Part shown: positions 22,447-36,055 of the stretch, one piece after another
Position numbering within the stretch: position 1 is the stretch's first letter
How the letters are laid out: each line of letters starts with the position of its first letter
Assembly: GCA_030390025.1 (NCBI GenBank)
Contig: CM059432.1
Location: forward strand, 16,432,001 to 16,496,000
Direction: 5' to 3'
Origin: Squalus acanthias
Lineage: Eukaryota
Length of the DNA: 64,000 bases
Notes under the pieces: generated by a model
Seen by the model: the letters and a program-made list of their open reading frames with translations, nothing else
The model's database searches: none
Told to the model about the DNA's origin: nothing
Made by a program: the position numbers and the translations under genes

Positions 22447-23690
22447 CGGGATGCGGCCATCGCTGGAAGGCCGGCATTTACTGCCCAGCCCCAGTTTCCC
22501 TGTGAAGGTGGTGGTGGGCCACCACCTTGAACCGCTGCAGTCTGTCTGGTGAAAGTACTGTTAGGTTGGAAGTGGCAGGATTCTGACCCAGCGACGATGA
22601 AGAAACGGTGATATATGTCCGGGTCAGGATGGCGTGACTTGGAGAAAAACTTGGGAGGTACTGGTGTTCCCACGCACCTGCGGGTTTGGGAGTTGCTGTA
22701 GTGCTTCCTGCAGACAGCACACACAGCAGCCACGGTACGCCGATGATGGAGGGGGTCGATGTTTAGACTAGTGGGTGAAGTACCAATCAAGTGGAGTGCT
22801 TTTTCCTGGACGGTATCTAGCTTCTTGATTGTTGTTGCAGCTGCACCCATCCAAACAAGTGGAGAGCATTCAATCTCACTCCTGACTTGAGCTTTTCCTT
22901 GTTGGAGATGGTCATTACCTGGCATGTTTGGCACGAATGTTATTTACCACATCAGCCCAAACCTGGTTGCTGTCCAGGTCTTTCTGCACGTGGGCATGGA
23001 CTGCTTCATTTGCATTTCTGACCTTATGGCAGAGGGAAGCTCATTGATGAAGCAGCTGAAGATAGTTGGGCCTAGAACGCTGCCCTGAGCAATTCCTGCA
23101 GCAATGTCCTGGGACTGAGATGATCGACCTCCAACAAACAAAACATCCACCTTTGTGCCAGGTATGACTCCAGCCACTGGTGTATTCTCCCAATCCCCAT
23201 TTACTTCAGTTTTACTAGATATTCTTGGTGCCACATTCAAGTCGAATGCTGCCTTGGCGTCAAGAGCAGTCTCTCTCACCTCACCTCTGGAATTCAGCTC
23301 TTCTATCCATGTTTGGACCAAGGCTGTAATGAGGTCTGGAGCTCAATGATGCTGGCGTAAACCAAACTGAGATTTGGTGAGCAGGTTATTGGTGAGTAAG
23401 TGCCGCTTGATAATTGGTTGGGTAGGATTTGTCCTGCTTTTTGTGGAGAGGACATTTGTGGGAAATTTTCAACAGTGTCGGGTAGATGCTACTGTTGTTG
23501 GTCAACCGGAACAGTTTAGCTAGGAGTGTGGCTAGTTTTGGAGCACTACAGCCAGGATGTTGTTAGGGCCCATAGCCTTTGCTGTTTCATGATGTCACAT
23601 GGAGTGAATTGAATTGGCTGAGGACTGGAATCTGTGATGGTGGGAACCTCAGGAGGAGGCTGAGAAAGATCATCCACTTGGTACTTCTGA
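22447..23690 (-). mobile_element. Decayed LINE (Zenon/Crack-like lineage), RT region to 3' end
   Basis: ALDAKAAFD, GIAQGSVLGPTIFSCFINEL and KAQVRSEIECSPLVW in broken frames. Confidence 0.8.
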
Positions 23691-24149
23691 CAGAAGTTCC
23701 TTAGTTTAAAAGGACATATGCACTAACGCCTACTGGGAATCTAAAAACAAGTCAAGGGAAGGAACTCAGTGGTTTAATGCAAGTAAAATAATGGTCATGG
23801 AGAAAATAATGGAACTTAACAGAGGGATTGCTAGAAGAAAAAAGACCACAGTCCAACTAGTTCACCTCCTACCATCCTGGCGATATGATGTTGGAACTGT
23901 TGACTAATCATGGCAATCAATCTCTAACAAATTACTGTATCCCAAAATATTATTTTCTGAAATAAATCTATCCAATTTGCATTTGAATGAATCAATAATA
24001 TCTGCTTCCATCATCTCCCTAGGGAGACTGTTCAATAGATTTACCACTTGCTCACCGAAATAAAGTTTCCGCAGATTCATTTTGAATTTACCCTCCTTCA
24101 AGTGCAGGCAATCTCTTCTGGTTCTACCGTTCTGGATAAGGTGAAACAG

Positions 24150-27100
24150 CTCGTCATGGTAAAATAGACAAATCTCCAGGACCTGATGGTTTCCATCCAG
24201 GGTATTGAAATAAAATGAGGAAATTGTTGATGCGTTAGTCATAATTTTTTTAAAGCTGTCTAGATTCAGGAATTGAGCTGTTGGATTGGAAAATTGCGAA
24301 TGCCACTGCATTATTTAAGAAGGGAGGGAGAGAGAAACCAGTTAACTACAGACCCATCAGTATAACATCGGTTTTGGGGAGGTTACTGGAATCTATCATC
24401 AGAGACAGAGTAACTGAGCACTTGGACAAGTATGAGCTGATCAAAGAGAGTCAGCATGGATTTGTGAAGGGTAGGTCATGTCTGACTAATCGAGTTAAAT
24501 TTTTTGAGGAGGTCGCTAGCATGGCGGATAGGGGAGTGTCTATGCTTGTTATCTATATGGACTTCCAGAAGGCATTTGACAAAGTTCTGCACAAGAAATT
24601 ACTAGCAAAAATTAAAGTGCACATAATGGGAGGTAGGAGACAGAGGAATAGCAATTAGTATGTATTGAGCCCGTTTATCAGATGCAAAACGGACATAAAG
24701 CACACCAATTCAGCAGTGGAACAGCCTGCACCAATCTGTGCAGGCGTTGGTCCCACTGCTAAATTCGTGGACGGACCCCTAAAACAGTTGTTAGGCCCCT
24801 TGAATATGTAAATTAGGGGACTAATGCCTGCCCCGCTCAGGATTCTTCAGCGGCTGCTAGGTGGAAATAAAAAAAAACCCGTTCCTGTGGAGTCAGAGCG
24901 CTCCCCCACCCCCCGACTCCACAGGTGTTGCGATCGCCCCTATAGCCCGCTCCAATCCCCCTCTCCCAGTACTTACTTTATAGGTCACTGCCGGCGAGGC
25001 AGGCGGCCCGACATTGATGTTTTCACTTGGGTGAGCTGCCTGTGGAGGCACAGCCAGCGCCGGCAGCTCTCGACGACTATGCTGATCGAGGCCTGAGGAC
25101 CAATTTGCGTCAATCCTCGGGCCTCTCCGTTCGCGCAGCTTTGAGTCTAGACCGAAAGACGAGGCCAGACCCAAAATCTACCCCAAAGTAGGAATAAAGG
25201 GAATGTTCTCTGATTGGCGGGATGTGGCAAGTGGTCTTCCCCAGGGGTCTGTACTGGGGCTTCAGCATTTCACCACATATATTAATGACTTGGATGAAGG
25301 AATAAGGAGTTATATATCCAAGTTTGCAGATGACATAAATTAGGAGGCACAGTAAGTTGTGTAGATAGGAGCAGGAGGTTACAAAGGGACATTGACAGAC
25401 TAAGTGAATAGGCAAAACTATGGCAGATGGAGTTGAATGTGGGGAAGGGTGAGGTCATCCGCTTTGGATCTGAGGAAGACAAACTGGAATATTTTCTTAA
25501 CGGTGAGAGACTAGGAGCTGTGGAGGAGCAAAGGGATTTAGGTGTCTAGGTACACACATCACTAAAAGCTGTTGCACAGGTACAAAAAGTAATCAAAAAG
25601 GCTAATGGAATGTTGGCCTTTATCTCGAAGGGGTTGGACTACAAAAGTGTACAGAACTTGTGTCAGACCCCATCTGGTTTACTGCGTTGGGAGGGGTATA
25701 GTGCAGATTCACCAGAATGATATCAGGGCTTATTGGGTTAAATTATCAGGACAAGTTGCACAAACTTGGTTTGTAGTCCCTTGAGTTTAGAAGGTTGAGG
25801 GGTGATCTAATCGAGGTGTTTAAAATGATAAAAGGATTTGATGGGGTAGATACAGAGACTGTTCTCTGCAGCCGAGAGCGTGAGTCCCGAAGGCTGTGTT
25901 GCCTGCCCAGTGCCAGGGTTAAGGACATCTCCTCGGGGCTGAAGAGGAACTTGGAGTGCGAGGGGGAGGATCCAGTTGTCATGGTCCACGTCAGCACCAA
26001 TGACATAGGTAGGACAAAGAAAGAGATTCTGCTGAGAGAGTATGAGCAGCTAGGGGCTAAATTAAAAAGCAGAACCACAAAGGTAATAATCTCTGGATTA
26101 CTACCTGAGCCATGAGCGAATTTGCATAGGGTAAATAGATCAGAGAAATGAACGAGTGGCTCAAAGACTGGTGCGGGAGAAATGGGTTTCGATTTGTGGG
26201 GCACTGGCACCAGTACTGGGATAAAAGGGAACTGTTCCGTTTGGACGGGCTTCACTTGAACCATGCTGGGGCTAGAGTCCTGGCGAATCGAATAACTAGG
26301 GCTGTAGAGAGGGCTTTAAACTAAATAGTGGGGGGAGGATCCAGGTGAGCGGGAATTTAAAAAGTCAATGAGAAATGAGAAAACAATAGAGCAGGATAGA
26401 GATGGGGGAAATAATAACCAGAGTGTGACAGGAAGGGACAGAATGTTTAAAAGTGCAACAGAAAATGGGGCCAAAACAAGGAGAAATGGTAAAAAGACAA
26501 AGTTAAAAGCTCTATATCTGAATGCACGCAGCATTCGTAACAAGATAGATGAGTTGACGGCACAAATAGATACAAATGGGTATGATCTGATCACCATTAC
26601 AGAGACATGGTTGCAAGGTGATCAGGGCTGGGAACTGAATATTCCAGGGTATCTGACAATTCGGAAGGACAGACAAAAAGGAAAGGGAGGTGGGATGGCT
26701 TTGTTGGTAAAGGATGGGATCAGTGCAGTGGTGAGAAGTGATATTGGATCAGAAGATCAAGATGTAGAATCGGTTTGGGTGGAGATAAAAATAATAAAGG
26801 GAAAAGGTCTCTGGTGGGTGTAGTCTACGGGCCCCCAAACAGTAGCAATACTGTTGGACAGAGTATAAAACAACAAATAATGGAGGCCTGTAAAAAAGGT
26901 ACGGTAATAATCATGGGTGATTTTAATCTCCATATTGATTGGACAAATCAAATTGGCCATGGTAGTCTTGAGGAGTTCATAGAGTGCATCCGGGATGGTT
27001 TCCTAGAACAGTATGTAATGGAACCAACCAGGGAGCAGGCTATCTTGGATCTGGTACTGTGTAATGAGACAGAATTAATAAATGATCTCATAGTAAAGGA

Positions 27101-29690
27101 TCCTCTAGGAAAGAGTGACCATAGCATGGTTGAATTTCAAATTCAGTTGGAGGGTGAGAAAGTTGTATATCAAACCAGTGTCCTAAATCTTAAACAAAGG
27201 CAATTACAATGGCATGAGGGCAGAACTGGCTAAAGTGGACTGGAAACATAAATTAAAGGGTAAGACAGTTGAAATGCAGTGGCGGACATTTAAGGAGATA
27301 TTTCATAACTCTCCACAAAAATATATTCCAGTGAGAAAGAAAGATTTTAAGAGAAGGGAGCACCATCTGTGGCTAACTAAGGAAGTAAAGGATGGTATCA
27401 AATTGAAAACGAAGGCATACAATGTTGCCAAGATTGGTGGGAGACCAGAGGATTGGGAAATTTTTAAAAACCAGCAAAGGATGATTAAAAAAAATAATAA
27501 AGAGAGAGAAGATGAATTGAGAGAGAAAACTGGCAAGAAACATTAAAACAGATAGTAAGAGCTTCTACAGGTATATAAAAAGGAAGAGGGTAGCTAAAGT
27601 AAACGTTGGTCCCTTAGAGGATGAGACTGGGGAATTAATAATGGAGAACGGGGAAATGGCAGAGACTCTGAATAAATATTTTGTATCTGTCTTCACGGTA
27701 GAAGACACTAACAATATCCCAAAAATGGATAATCAAGGGGCCACAGGTGGGGGGAACTAAAGACAATCACGATCACTAGGGAAATAGTACTTGGTAAAAT
27801 AATGGGACTAAAAGACAAGTCCCCTGGACCAGATGGCCTGCATCCCAGGGTCTTAAAAGAAGTGGCTGCAGAGATAGTGGATGCATTGGTTGCAATATAC
27901 CAAAATTCCCTGGACTCTGGAGAGGTCCCAGCGGATTGGAAAACCGCAAATGTAACACCCCTATTTAAGAAAGGAGAGAGACAGAAAGCAGGAAACTATA
28001 GACCAGTTAGCCTAACATCTGTCATTGGGAAAATGCTGGAGTCCTTCATTAAGGAAGCAGTAGCAGGGCATTTGGAAAATCATAATGCAGTCAGGCAGAG
28101 TCAGCATGGTTTTATGAAAGGGAAATCATGTTTAACAAATTTGCTGGAGTTCTTTGAGGATGTAACAAGCAGGGTGGACAAAGGTGAACCAGTAGATGTG
28201 GTGTATTTGGATTTCCAGAAGGCATTCGATAAGGTGCCACATAAAAGGTTACTGCATAAGGTAAGAGCTCACGGAATTGGGGGTAATATATTAGCATGGA
28301 TAGAGAATTGGCTAACTAACAGAAAGCAGAGAGTCGGGATAAATGGGTCATTTTCCGGTTGGCAAACGGTAACTAGTGGGGTGCCACAGGGATCAGTGCT
28401 GGGGCCTCAACTATTTACAATCTACATTAATAACTTGGATGAAGGGACCGAGTGTAATGTAGCCAAGTTTGCGGATGATACAAAGATGGGTGGGAAAGCA
28501 AGTTGTGCAGAGGACTCAAAGAACCTGCAAAGGGATATAGACAGGCTAAGTGAGTGGGCAAACATTTGGCAGATGGAGTATAATGTGAGAAAGTGTGAGG
28601 TTATCCACCTTGGCAGGAAAAATAAAAAAGCAAATTATTATTTAAATGGAGAGAGATTACAAAATGCTGCAGTTCAGAGGGACCTAGGGATCCTTGTGCA
28701 TGAAACACAAAAAGTTAGCACGCAGGTACAGCAAGTAATCAAAAAGGCAAATGGAATGTTGGCCTTTATTTCAAGGGGGTTGGAGTATAAAAACAGGGAA
28801 GTCCTGCTACAACTGTACAGGGCATTGGTGAGACCACACCTTGAGTACTGCGTACAGTTTTGGTCTCCTTATTTAAGGAAGGATATACTTGCATTGGAGG
28901 TAGTTCAGAGACGATTCACTAGGTTAATTCCAGAGATGAGGGGGTTGACTTATGAGGAAAGGTTGAGCAGGCTGGGCCTATACTCATTGGATTTTAGAAG
29001 AATGAGAGGTGATCTTATTGAAACATATAAGATACTGAGGGGGCTCGACAAGGTAGATGCAGAGAGGATGTTTCCCCTTGGGGGCACAGTTTTAGAATAA
29101 AGGGTCGTCCTTTTAGAACTGAGATGAGGAGGAATTTCTTCTTTCAGAGGGTCGTACATCTGTGGAATTCTCCGCCCCAGAGAGCTGTGGAGGCTGGGTC
29201 ATTAAATATATTTAAGGTGGAGATAGACAGATTTTTTGCAAGATAAGGGAGTAAAGGGTTATGGGGAGTGGGCGGGGAAGTGGCTTTGAGCCCAAGATCA
29301 GCCATGATCTTATTGAATGGCGGAGCAGGCTCGAGGGGCCAAATGGCCTAATCCTGCTCCTATTGCTTATGTTCTTATGTAAACTATTTCCTCTGGTGGA
29401 GCAATCCAGAACAAAAGGGCATATTCTTAAAATTAGAGCCAGGCCATTTCGGAGTGAAATCAGGATGCACTTTTTCCACACAAAGGAGATTTGGAAGTCT
29501 TTCTCCCAAAAGGCTGTGGATATTGGGTCAATTAAAATTTTCAAGACTGAGATGGATAATTTTTTGTTAATTAAGGATATCAAGGTATATGGAGCAAAGG
29601 CTGGTAAATGGAGTTGAGGTAGAGATCAGCCATGATCAAACTGAATGACAGAATAGGCTCAAGGGGCTGAATGGCTTACTGTTTTCTACC
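24150..29690 (+). mobile_element. Older CR1 LINE (segments ~24150-24660, ~25190-25858, ~29381-29690) hosting nested insertions
   Basis: RT motifs continue collinearly across the inserts: GFDGVDTE at ~25855 resumes as KLFPLVEQSRTKGH at ~29381. Probable upstream pieces at ~21560-21980 and ~23700-23820. Confidence 0.75.
25859..29380 (+). mobile_element. Long CR1 LINE: ORF1 SGNH-esterase part plus ORF2 (AP endonuclease and RT), frameshifted
   Basis: CLPSARVKD...VMVHVSTNDIG (esterase); YLNARSI, ITETWL, MGDFN, SDH (endonuclease); 432-aa RT ORF at 27802-29100; tail cttatgttcttatgt. Confidence 0.93.
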
Positions 29691-30424
29691 TTCAGGTGAA
29701 ATGAAGCTACAGAAGAAAAAGATCAAATATGGGAAGCAATATGTTGACATCTAGTGTTTCTTGCTTACTTTTGAAATATTTGGAAAACCTCTGTAAAATG
29801 ACAATGGTGTTAATTCTGCTGACATTTGATATACTTAACAGTGCTCTACTGTCCTTAGGACTCATTCCACAAGCTATACTGCTTAAAAACAGCAACATGG
29901 TTACAAGGTGGAGTCACCTGACTTGCAAGGACATCCGTGTTCAATTATACAACCTTTAAAAGGCAAATTCATGGAGCAAGAGTTGTGCAGATGCTGAGAG
30001 ATCTCACCTACTCTCCAGAGGATAAAAAGAAACACAAAGGTGAAAGAGATGAAAAGAAATATATATATTTTTAAAAAAATCAAAAAGTTGTTTTGAGTAT
30101 GCTAAAGTTTCCAATTTTTTTTTTGTGTTCTCTGCATTTATTGCCCAGAGGCCATTAAGAATCAACCACATAGTGTGGGACTGGAGCCAGATGTAGGCCA
30201 AATGGAGTAGTTCCCCTTCCCTGCAGGACATTAGTGAACCAGTTAGATTTTTAAGCTTTCATGGCCACTTCTTTTGGTGCCAGCTCATAAATTACTCACA
30301 ACTTTGGGTTGCTAGTCCAGTCCTATGCTTCATTTGTATAGTAATAAAAATGGAAACAAGGTGCAGGTGTATGTCAGACAATCTGCAGAAAACATTACAA
30401 GGTTGAGCTTCTTGTTAACACCTT

Positions 30425-30430
30425 TTTAAT
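30425..30430 (-). terminator. PTK2: Candidate PTK2 polyadenylation signal (ATTAAA on the minus strand)
   Basis: TTTAAT on + at the end of a ~0.8-kb repeat-free AT-rich stretch after the FAK stop, just before TE-derived sequence; other sites are possible. Confidence 0.4.
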
Positions 30431-31218
30431 AGGTCAAATAACTGTACAGTTCATTATATTCTTCCTGAGAATAATTTATACCCCAAAATGAAGGAGGGAG
30501 TTCTAGAGAACAGGTAATACATATGGGAAATAGAAAAAAAAAATGTACCACACCTGCATACTACGCTGTTCCCAACAAACTCCTAGACAAGCCAGAAACA
30601 AGATGGTTAGTAACTATTTTGTTTTTAATTGTCATCATGGCTTTCGTTTTAAATAATTAAAAAAAATGAAATTAAACAATGGTAGAAGAAATATTAATAC
30701 ACAGCACTCAATTTTGCTGCACCAGCAAATGCAGCACAATCTGTTCCAGGTTTTCTCTAAACAACTGGCATGTATTTCTGTTCGAAGCAAGATACAGTCT
30801 CTCAGGTCTATTCTACATGCTAGTTTTTAATTAACACTTCAGAGTGTTGTCGAAATACAGGAGCACCTCCATTCTCCACAAGAGCTGGAGTAACGAGGAA
30901 AGAAACTTTGTTTTGTTACCTTAAATGACTTCAGTCTGAAAATATAACATCTTTGTTGAAATCCTGGTTGATGTATTGCAGCTAAATATTGGTCTGTTTC
31001 TATTCAGTGAGAAAAGTTCCAGTCTGGAGTTCCTGTACTGTGGAGCAAGAATTCTCAGCCCTCGGGTGTCCCGGAATCCTTGACTTTACAGTACTTTCTC
31101 TGCTTTTATACATATGTAGATATATAAAGTTTTTTTTTGGCTCTTTGTGATTCCATGTGCTGGTGGTAGATTTGATCACTCGATCATTTCAAGAACCCCC
31201 AGGGCAGGTTTCAGACAG

Positions 31219-31434
31219 CTAGAGGGGTCTAGGCTGACCTCCTATCATTTTCAGTCTGGCTTGGTCAATAACATCCAGCAAATTTTTGGCATCAACGGCC
31301 AACGCATGCGCAGCTGTCAGCATCTGCTTCTTGTACTCGTGCTGGAGAGTTGTCATCACATATTGTTGGGCCAGCTTCATCTTTCCAATTAATTCCGCTA
31401 GGTCAGAGTTCAATAGCTTTTGTGCCATCTCGAT
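31219..31434 (-). CDS. PTK2: Focal adhesion kinase, last coding exon (FAT domain C-terminal part)
   Basis: Acceptor ttttatag; IEMAQKLLNSDLAELIGKMKLAQQYVMTTLQHEYKKQMLTAAHALAVDAKNLLDVIDQARLKMIGGQPRPL*; near-identical to the mammalian FAK C-terminus. Confidence 0.97.
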   Translation of the reverse strand: MEMAQKLLNSDLAELIGKMKLAQQYVMTTLQHEYKKQMLTAAHALAVDAKNLLDVIDQARLKMIGGQPRPL

Positions 31435-32686
31435 CTATAAAAGAAAATGATGATTAGAGGCTGCCACAACCAAATACATGTTAAAAGGGTAAACCATGAC
31501 ATATGAGCAAAATTGTAGAATCTGGTAGCAGTGTATTAACATCTCAGTGATCAATTGCACTAAGCAGCATTTAGCTGAATTAATAAAACTCCTGCCATTG
31601 CGTACTCAAAGGTGGGAGTACAATTCGCAAAATGTCAATACTGATGTACCATTAAAAAATATAAAACTGCTAGGTAATCAAATAAAAACCTTGATTTGTA
31701 AAAAGAAAAATGTCAAGAAAGGAAAATATATATGCAGTCAAACATAAGAATGATAGAGTTACACATCCAACGATCCCTTGTGGATTTTGGTTTATGCTTC
31801 GTTTTAATTGGAAAAAAAACCTCACATTGTGCCAAATCTTCCTGGAAAAATAATGATGAGTTCACGATGTACGCTGTTATTAATGCGTAAATCGGCCAGC
31901 AAGTTCAGGCAAAGAAGAGTTACGTGGTGAGTTGCAAATCTGCATAACTTTCTGGTTGATTTACTCCGCTGCAGTAAAAAGTCAAACTAACGGCGCGCGC
32001 CGTGAGATGCCCCGCTCCTGCAAGTTTTGGCCCACTGACACACAGGAATTGAGAGGTATAATGATTTAGAACATTGCCCCTTTCACTTTGCTGATGATAC
32101 TAAATTAGGGCACACGTCATACTGTGACTGAGGATGCAGGAAGACACCAACAGGTTAGTGGCAGATGAAGTTCAATGCAGAGAAATCTGAAGTAGTACAT
32201 TTTGGGAAAAAGAACAGTGAAAGGATGTACAGCCTAAATGGAAGATTATTGACAGAATGGAGAAACAGAGAACTAGTTCAGATACATAGATTGTTAAAGA
32301 TGGGAGTGCAGCTACAAAAGACGATAAAAAGGCAAATAGGATTCTGGGTTTTATACATAAGGGCATTGAGTATAAAAACAAGGAAGTGATGTTGTATTTG
32401 TACAAGGCACTGGTTAGGCCACAGCAGGGGTATTGCATGATGTTCTGGGCAACTCATTATAGGAAGGATATTAGTACCATAGTAAGGGTAGAGCAAGGAT
32501 TGACTAGAATGGTATCAGGAATAAGAGGTTACAGTTATGAAGAATGGCTTGAACAATTGGCGTGTTAATACGTCAGTGAGATATGAGCGATGCTGGCAAG
32601 GTCACGTTTACTGCCCATCCCTAGCTGGCCTGACACTGAGTGGCTTGCTAGGCCACCTCAAAGGGCATTGAGATTCAATCATATAA

Positions 32687-35600
32687 GGCTGAATTTTGCC
32701 AGCGCTCAGACGGCGGGTTCGCAATCAAAATCAAAAAGATTGACAGTGAGGCGGTATCCCACTCTAAACCCGCCTCTTTGTGAGCTTCCCTAGTGCCGGC
32801 TCTGCCTGCTCTTCACAGAACCGGCACTAAGTGGAGGGTCATGCAATTGAGATAGTTAAGAGGGTGGTTAAAGCAATTTCATCAGCATTTAACCAGGTAC
32901 AAACCATTTTCCCAAGTTTTTCACGAGGTTCACGTCGCTCGGGGGTCACGCCAGGTAAGTGTCGGGTTCTGAACAACTCTCCATTTCATGAATAGGTGAC
33001 AGCTGCAAAAGTGGTATAAAAGCTACCATTTCACAGCTGTTCACTTCCCAATCTTAGAAGCTGGAGCATTCATGATTTGGAATCCACTTTTGAGCTTTAT
33101 GCACTTTTGAAGTAATCTCTCTATCCACTGTCACCTCCTTGGAACAACCTATCTCAACATTGACAGATTACTTCTGTCATCTCAACCTCACCTGCCATTT
33201 ATTCCATCAGCATCGGTGTCCTTGAAAAAATCTCACCTTGGTCCTCAGAATCCCAACACGATCAACCCCAACACCAGCATCACTGGGCACACCAGCAGCC
33301 ACACCAACCTTCTCCGCAATCAACTGATGCTGCACTGGACACAGAAATCATCACCCGTGCACATTGCTGCCCGGACACCAGCGATGGCCTCACCATGTCC
33401 AGATTTGCTTCACTTAACACTGAACACCCTGGCTGCCACATGATGCACCAGGTTGGCACCACCCCACACCTCCCAGAGATGTCGGGGAACATAGGGTCTA
33501 ATGAGAGGGAGGAATTTAATGAAATCAGTATTTGTAGGGAAATGGTGTTAGGGAATATTATGGGATTGAAGGCCGATAAATCCCCAGGGCCTGATAATCT
33601 ACATCCTAGGGTACTTAAGGAAGTGGCCCTAGAAATAGTAGATGCATTGCTGGTCATCTTCCAAAATTCTATCGACGCTGGAACAGTTCCCATGGATTGG
33701 AGGATAGTTAATGTAACCCCACTATTTAAAAAAGGTGGTAGAGAGAAAATGGGGTAAGTCTGACATCGGTAGTGGGGAAAATGCAAGAGTCCATTATAAA
33801 AGATGTAATAGCAGAGCACTTGGAAAACAGTGACAGGATCGGACAAAGTCAACATGGATTTACAAAAGGAAAATCATGCTTGACTAATCTCCTGGAATTT
33901 TTTGAGGATGTAACTGGTAGAATAGATAAGGGAGAACCAGGGGATGTGGTGTATTTGGACTTTCAGAAGGCTTTCTATAAGGTCCCGCATAAGAAATTAG
34001 CGTGCAAAGTTAAAGCACACGGGATTGGGGGTAAGGTACTGTCTTGGATAGAGAACTGGTTGGCAGACAGGAAGCAAAGAGTTGGAATAAACGGGTCTTT
34101 TTCCGAGTGGCAGGCAGTGACTAGTGGGGTACCGCAGGGATCGGTGCTAGGACCCCAGCTATTCACAATATATATATAAATGTTCTAGACGAGGGAACTA
34201 GATGTAATATCTCCAAGTTTGCAGATGACACAAAGCTGGGTGGGCGTGTGTGCTGTGAGGAAGATGCAGAGAAACTCTAGTATGATTTGGACAGGTTGGG
34301 TGATTATAATGCATTTGCCATGCATCTGCCCAATGTGGATAAATGCGAGGTTATCTACTTCGGTGGCAAAAACAGGAAGGCAGATTATTATCTGAACAGC
34401 AATAGATTGGGAAAAGGGGAAGTACAATGAGACCTGAGTGCCCTTGTGCACCAGTCGTTGAAGGTAAGCATGCAGGTGCAGCAGGCGGTTAAGAAGGCAA
34501 ATAGTATGTTGGCCTTCATAGCGAGAGGATTCGAGTACAGGAGCAAGGATGTCTTGCTGCAGTTGTACAGGGCCTTGGTGAGACCACACCTTGAGTATTG
34601 TGTGCAGTTTTGGTCACCTTATCTGAGGAAGGATGTTCTTGCCATGGAGAGAGTGCAGCGAAGATTCACCAGACTGATACCTGGGATGGCAGGAATGACG
34701 TATGAGGAGAGATTGGATCGATTAGGCTTATATTCGCTAGAGTTTAGAAGAATGAGAGGGGATCTCATTGAAACGTATAAAATTCTAACAGGACTAGACA
34801 GACTAGATGCAGGAAGAATGTTCCCGATGGCGGGGGAGTCTAGAACCAGGGGTCACAGTCTAAGGATAAGGGGTAAGCCATTTAGGACTGAGATGAGGAG
34901 GAATTTCTTCACCCAGAGAGTGGTGAACCTGTGGAATTCTCTACCACATAAGGCAGTTGAGGCCAATTCATTAAATATATTCAAGAAGGAGTTAGATATA
35001 TTTCTTAAGGCTAAAGGGATATGGGGAGAAAGCAGGGACAGGGTACTGAATTTGGATGATCAGCCATGATCTCATTAAATGGCGGAACAGGCTCGAGGGG
35101 CCGAATGGCCTACTCCTGCTCCTATCTTCTATGTTTTCTATGTTTCTAGCACCATAAAGCATCCCTACATGTCCAAGCCATTCCTTTCACATTCATCACC
35201 ATTGTGGTGGGGGGGGACGATGACATGTTATGTCTCACCATTCACTGGAACTCACGAAGATACTTTTAAAGGTGCACACAAATCTGTCCAAGAAGGCAAA
35301 GTGGTGACAATAAGGATTTCAATGCTTGACAACACATTAACAGAAAGCTACACGAACATTGGCTAAAACACCCAAGTGCCTAGCCTTGTGTGTTATTAGT
35401 TGGTATGATTGGACTAGGATGAGGATGAGTGTGAGGGGTGGCTAGTGGGATGGGGAAGTGATAATGTAGATAGAGAGGGATGGGTGGAGGTGCAAGGTAA
35501 GTTAGTGTGAGTAAGGATGTGCAGGAGTAGGGAAGGGAAGGCAGAGTGATGGGGATGTGATGAGTGGCACAGGAGGACGAGGTTGAGTGTAGCTTTGCAG

Positions 35601-36030
35601 TAACGTTTCGTGATGTACTGTGATCATTGAAAGGTTTGCACCACTGCAGCCAGGTCCTCCTGACAACATCACTGCTTGTGTCCCTCCTATGCAATGAGCA
35701 ACCAGGCTGGGAGGGAGTCATGGGAGAGCCTGGGTGCAACCGTGCAACTTTGTGCAGTGCATGTCAGTGTTTGCAGCACCTCAATGCTGTAAAACACTGA
35801 CAGCACAACTGTCAAAATGAATGTGGACATGGCCCCTTTAAGGAAACCGGCTGGTGACGCGTCATTACACCCGCTTCCTTTCAATTGGCCGGGAACCTCG
35901 CAGGGCAGGCTTAACAAGGCCAATCAGGGCAAAATCACTTGGAGGAGGCAGGGTGAAGACGGGTGCGGAGTTTGAGGCCGCTGCCTACTCCGGCTGCACC
36001 GGACTTGCCACACATGGCGAAATCGCGGCC
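32687..36030. mobile_element. Decayed PIF/Harbinger-like DNA transposon split by a CR1
   Basis: Imperfect inverted ends ggctgaattttgcc / ggcgaaatcgcggcc; minus-strand VVRRTWLQWCKPFND resembles the Harbinger Myb/SANT-like RTW.QCRKRFND motif. Confidence 0.5.
33467..35148 (+). mobile_element. CR1 LINE (RT to 3' tail), frameshifted, antisense within a PTK2 intron
   Basis: ORFs 33395-33757, 33772-34179 and 34446-35069 carry RT motifs; tail ttctatgttttctatgtttcta. Confidence 0.92.
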
Positions 36031-36055
36031 ATAGTGTTTTAAAAAATTTATTTTA

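Noticed and set aside
22044..22552. K/R/E-rich and F-rich ORFs
   Set aside because: Products of a low-complexity pyrimidine tract.
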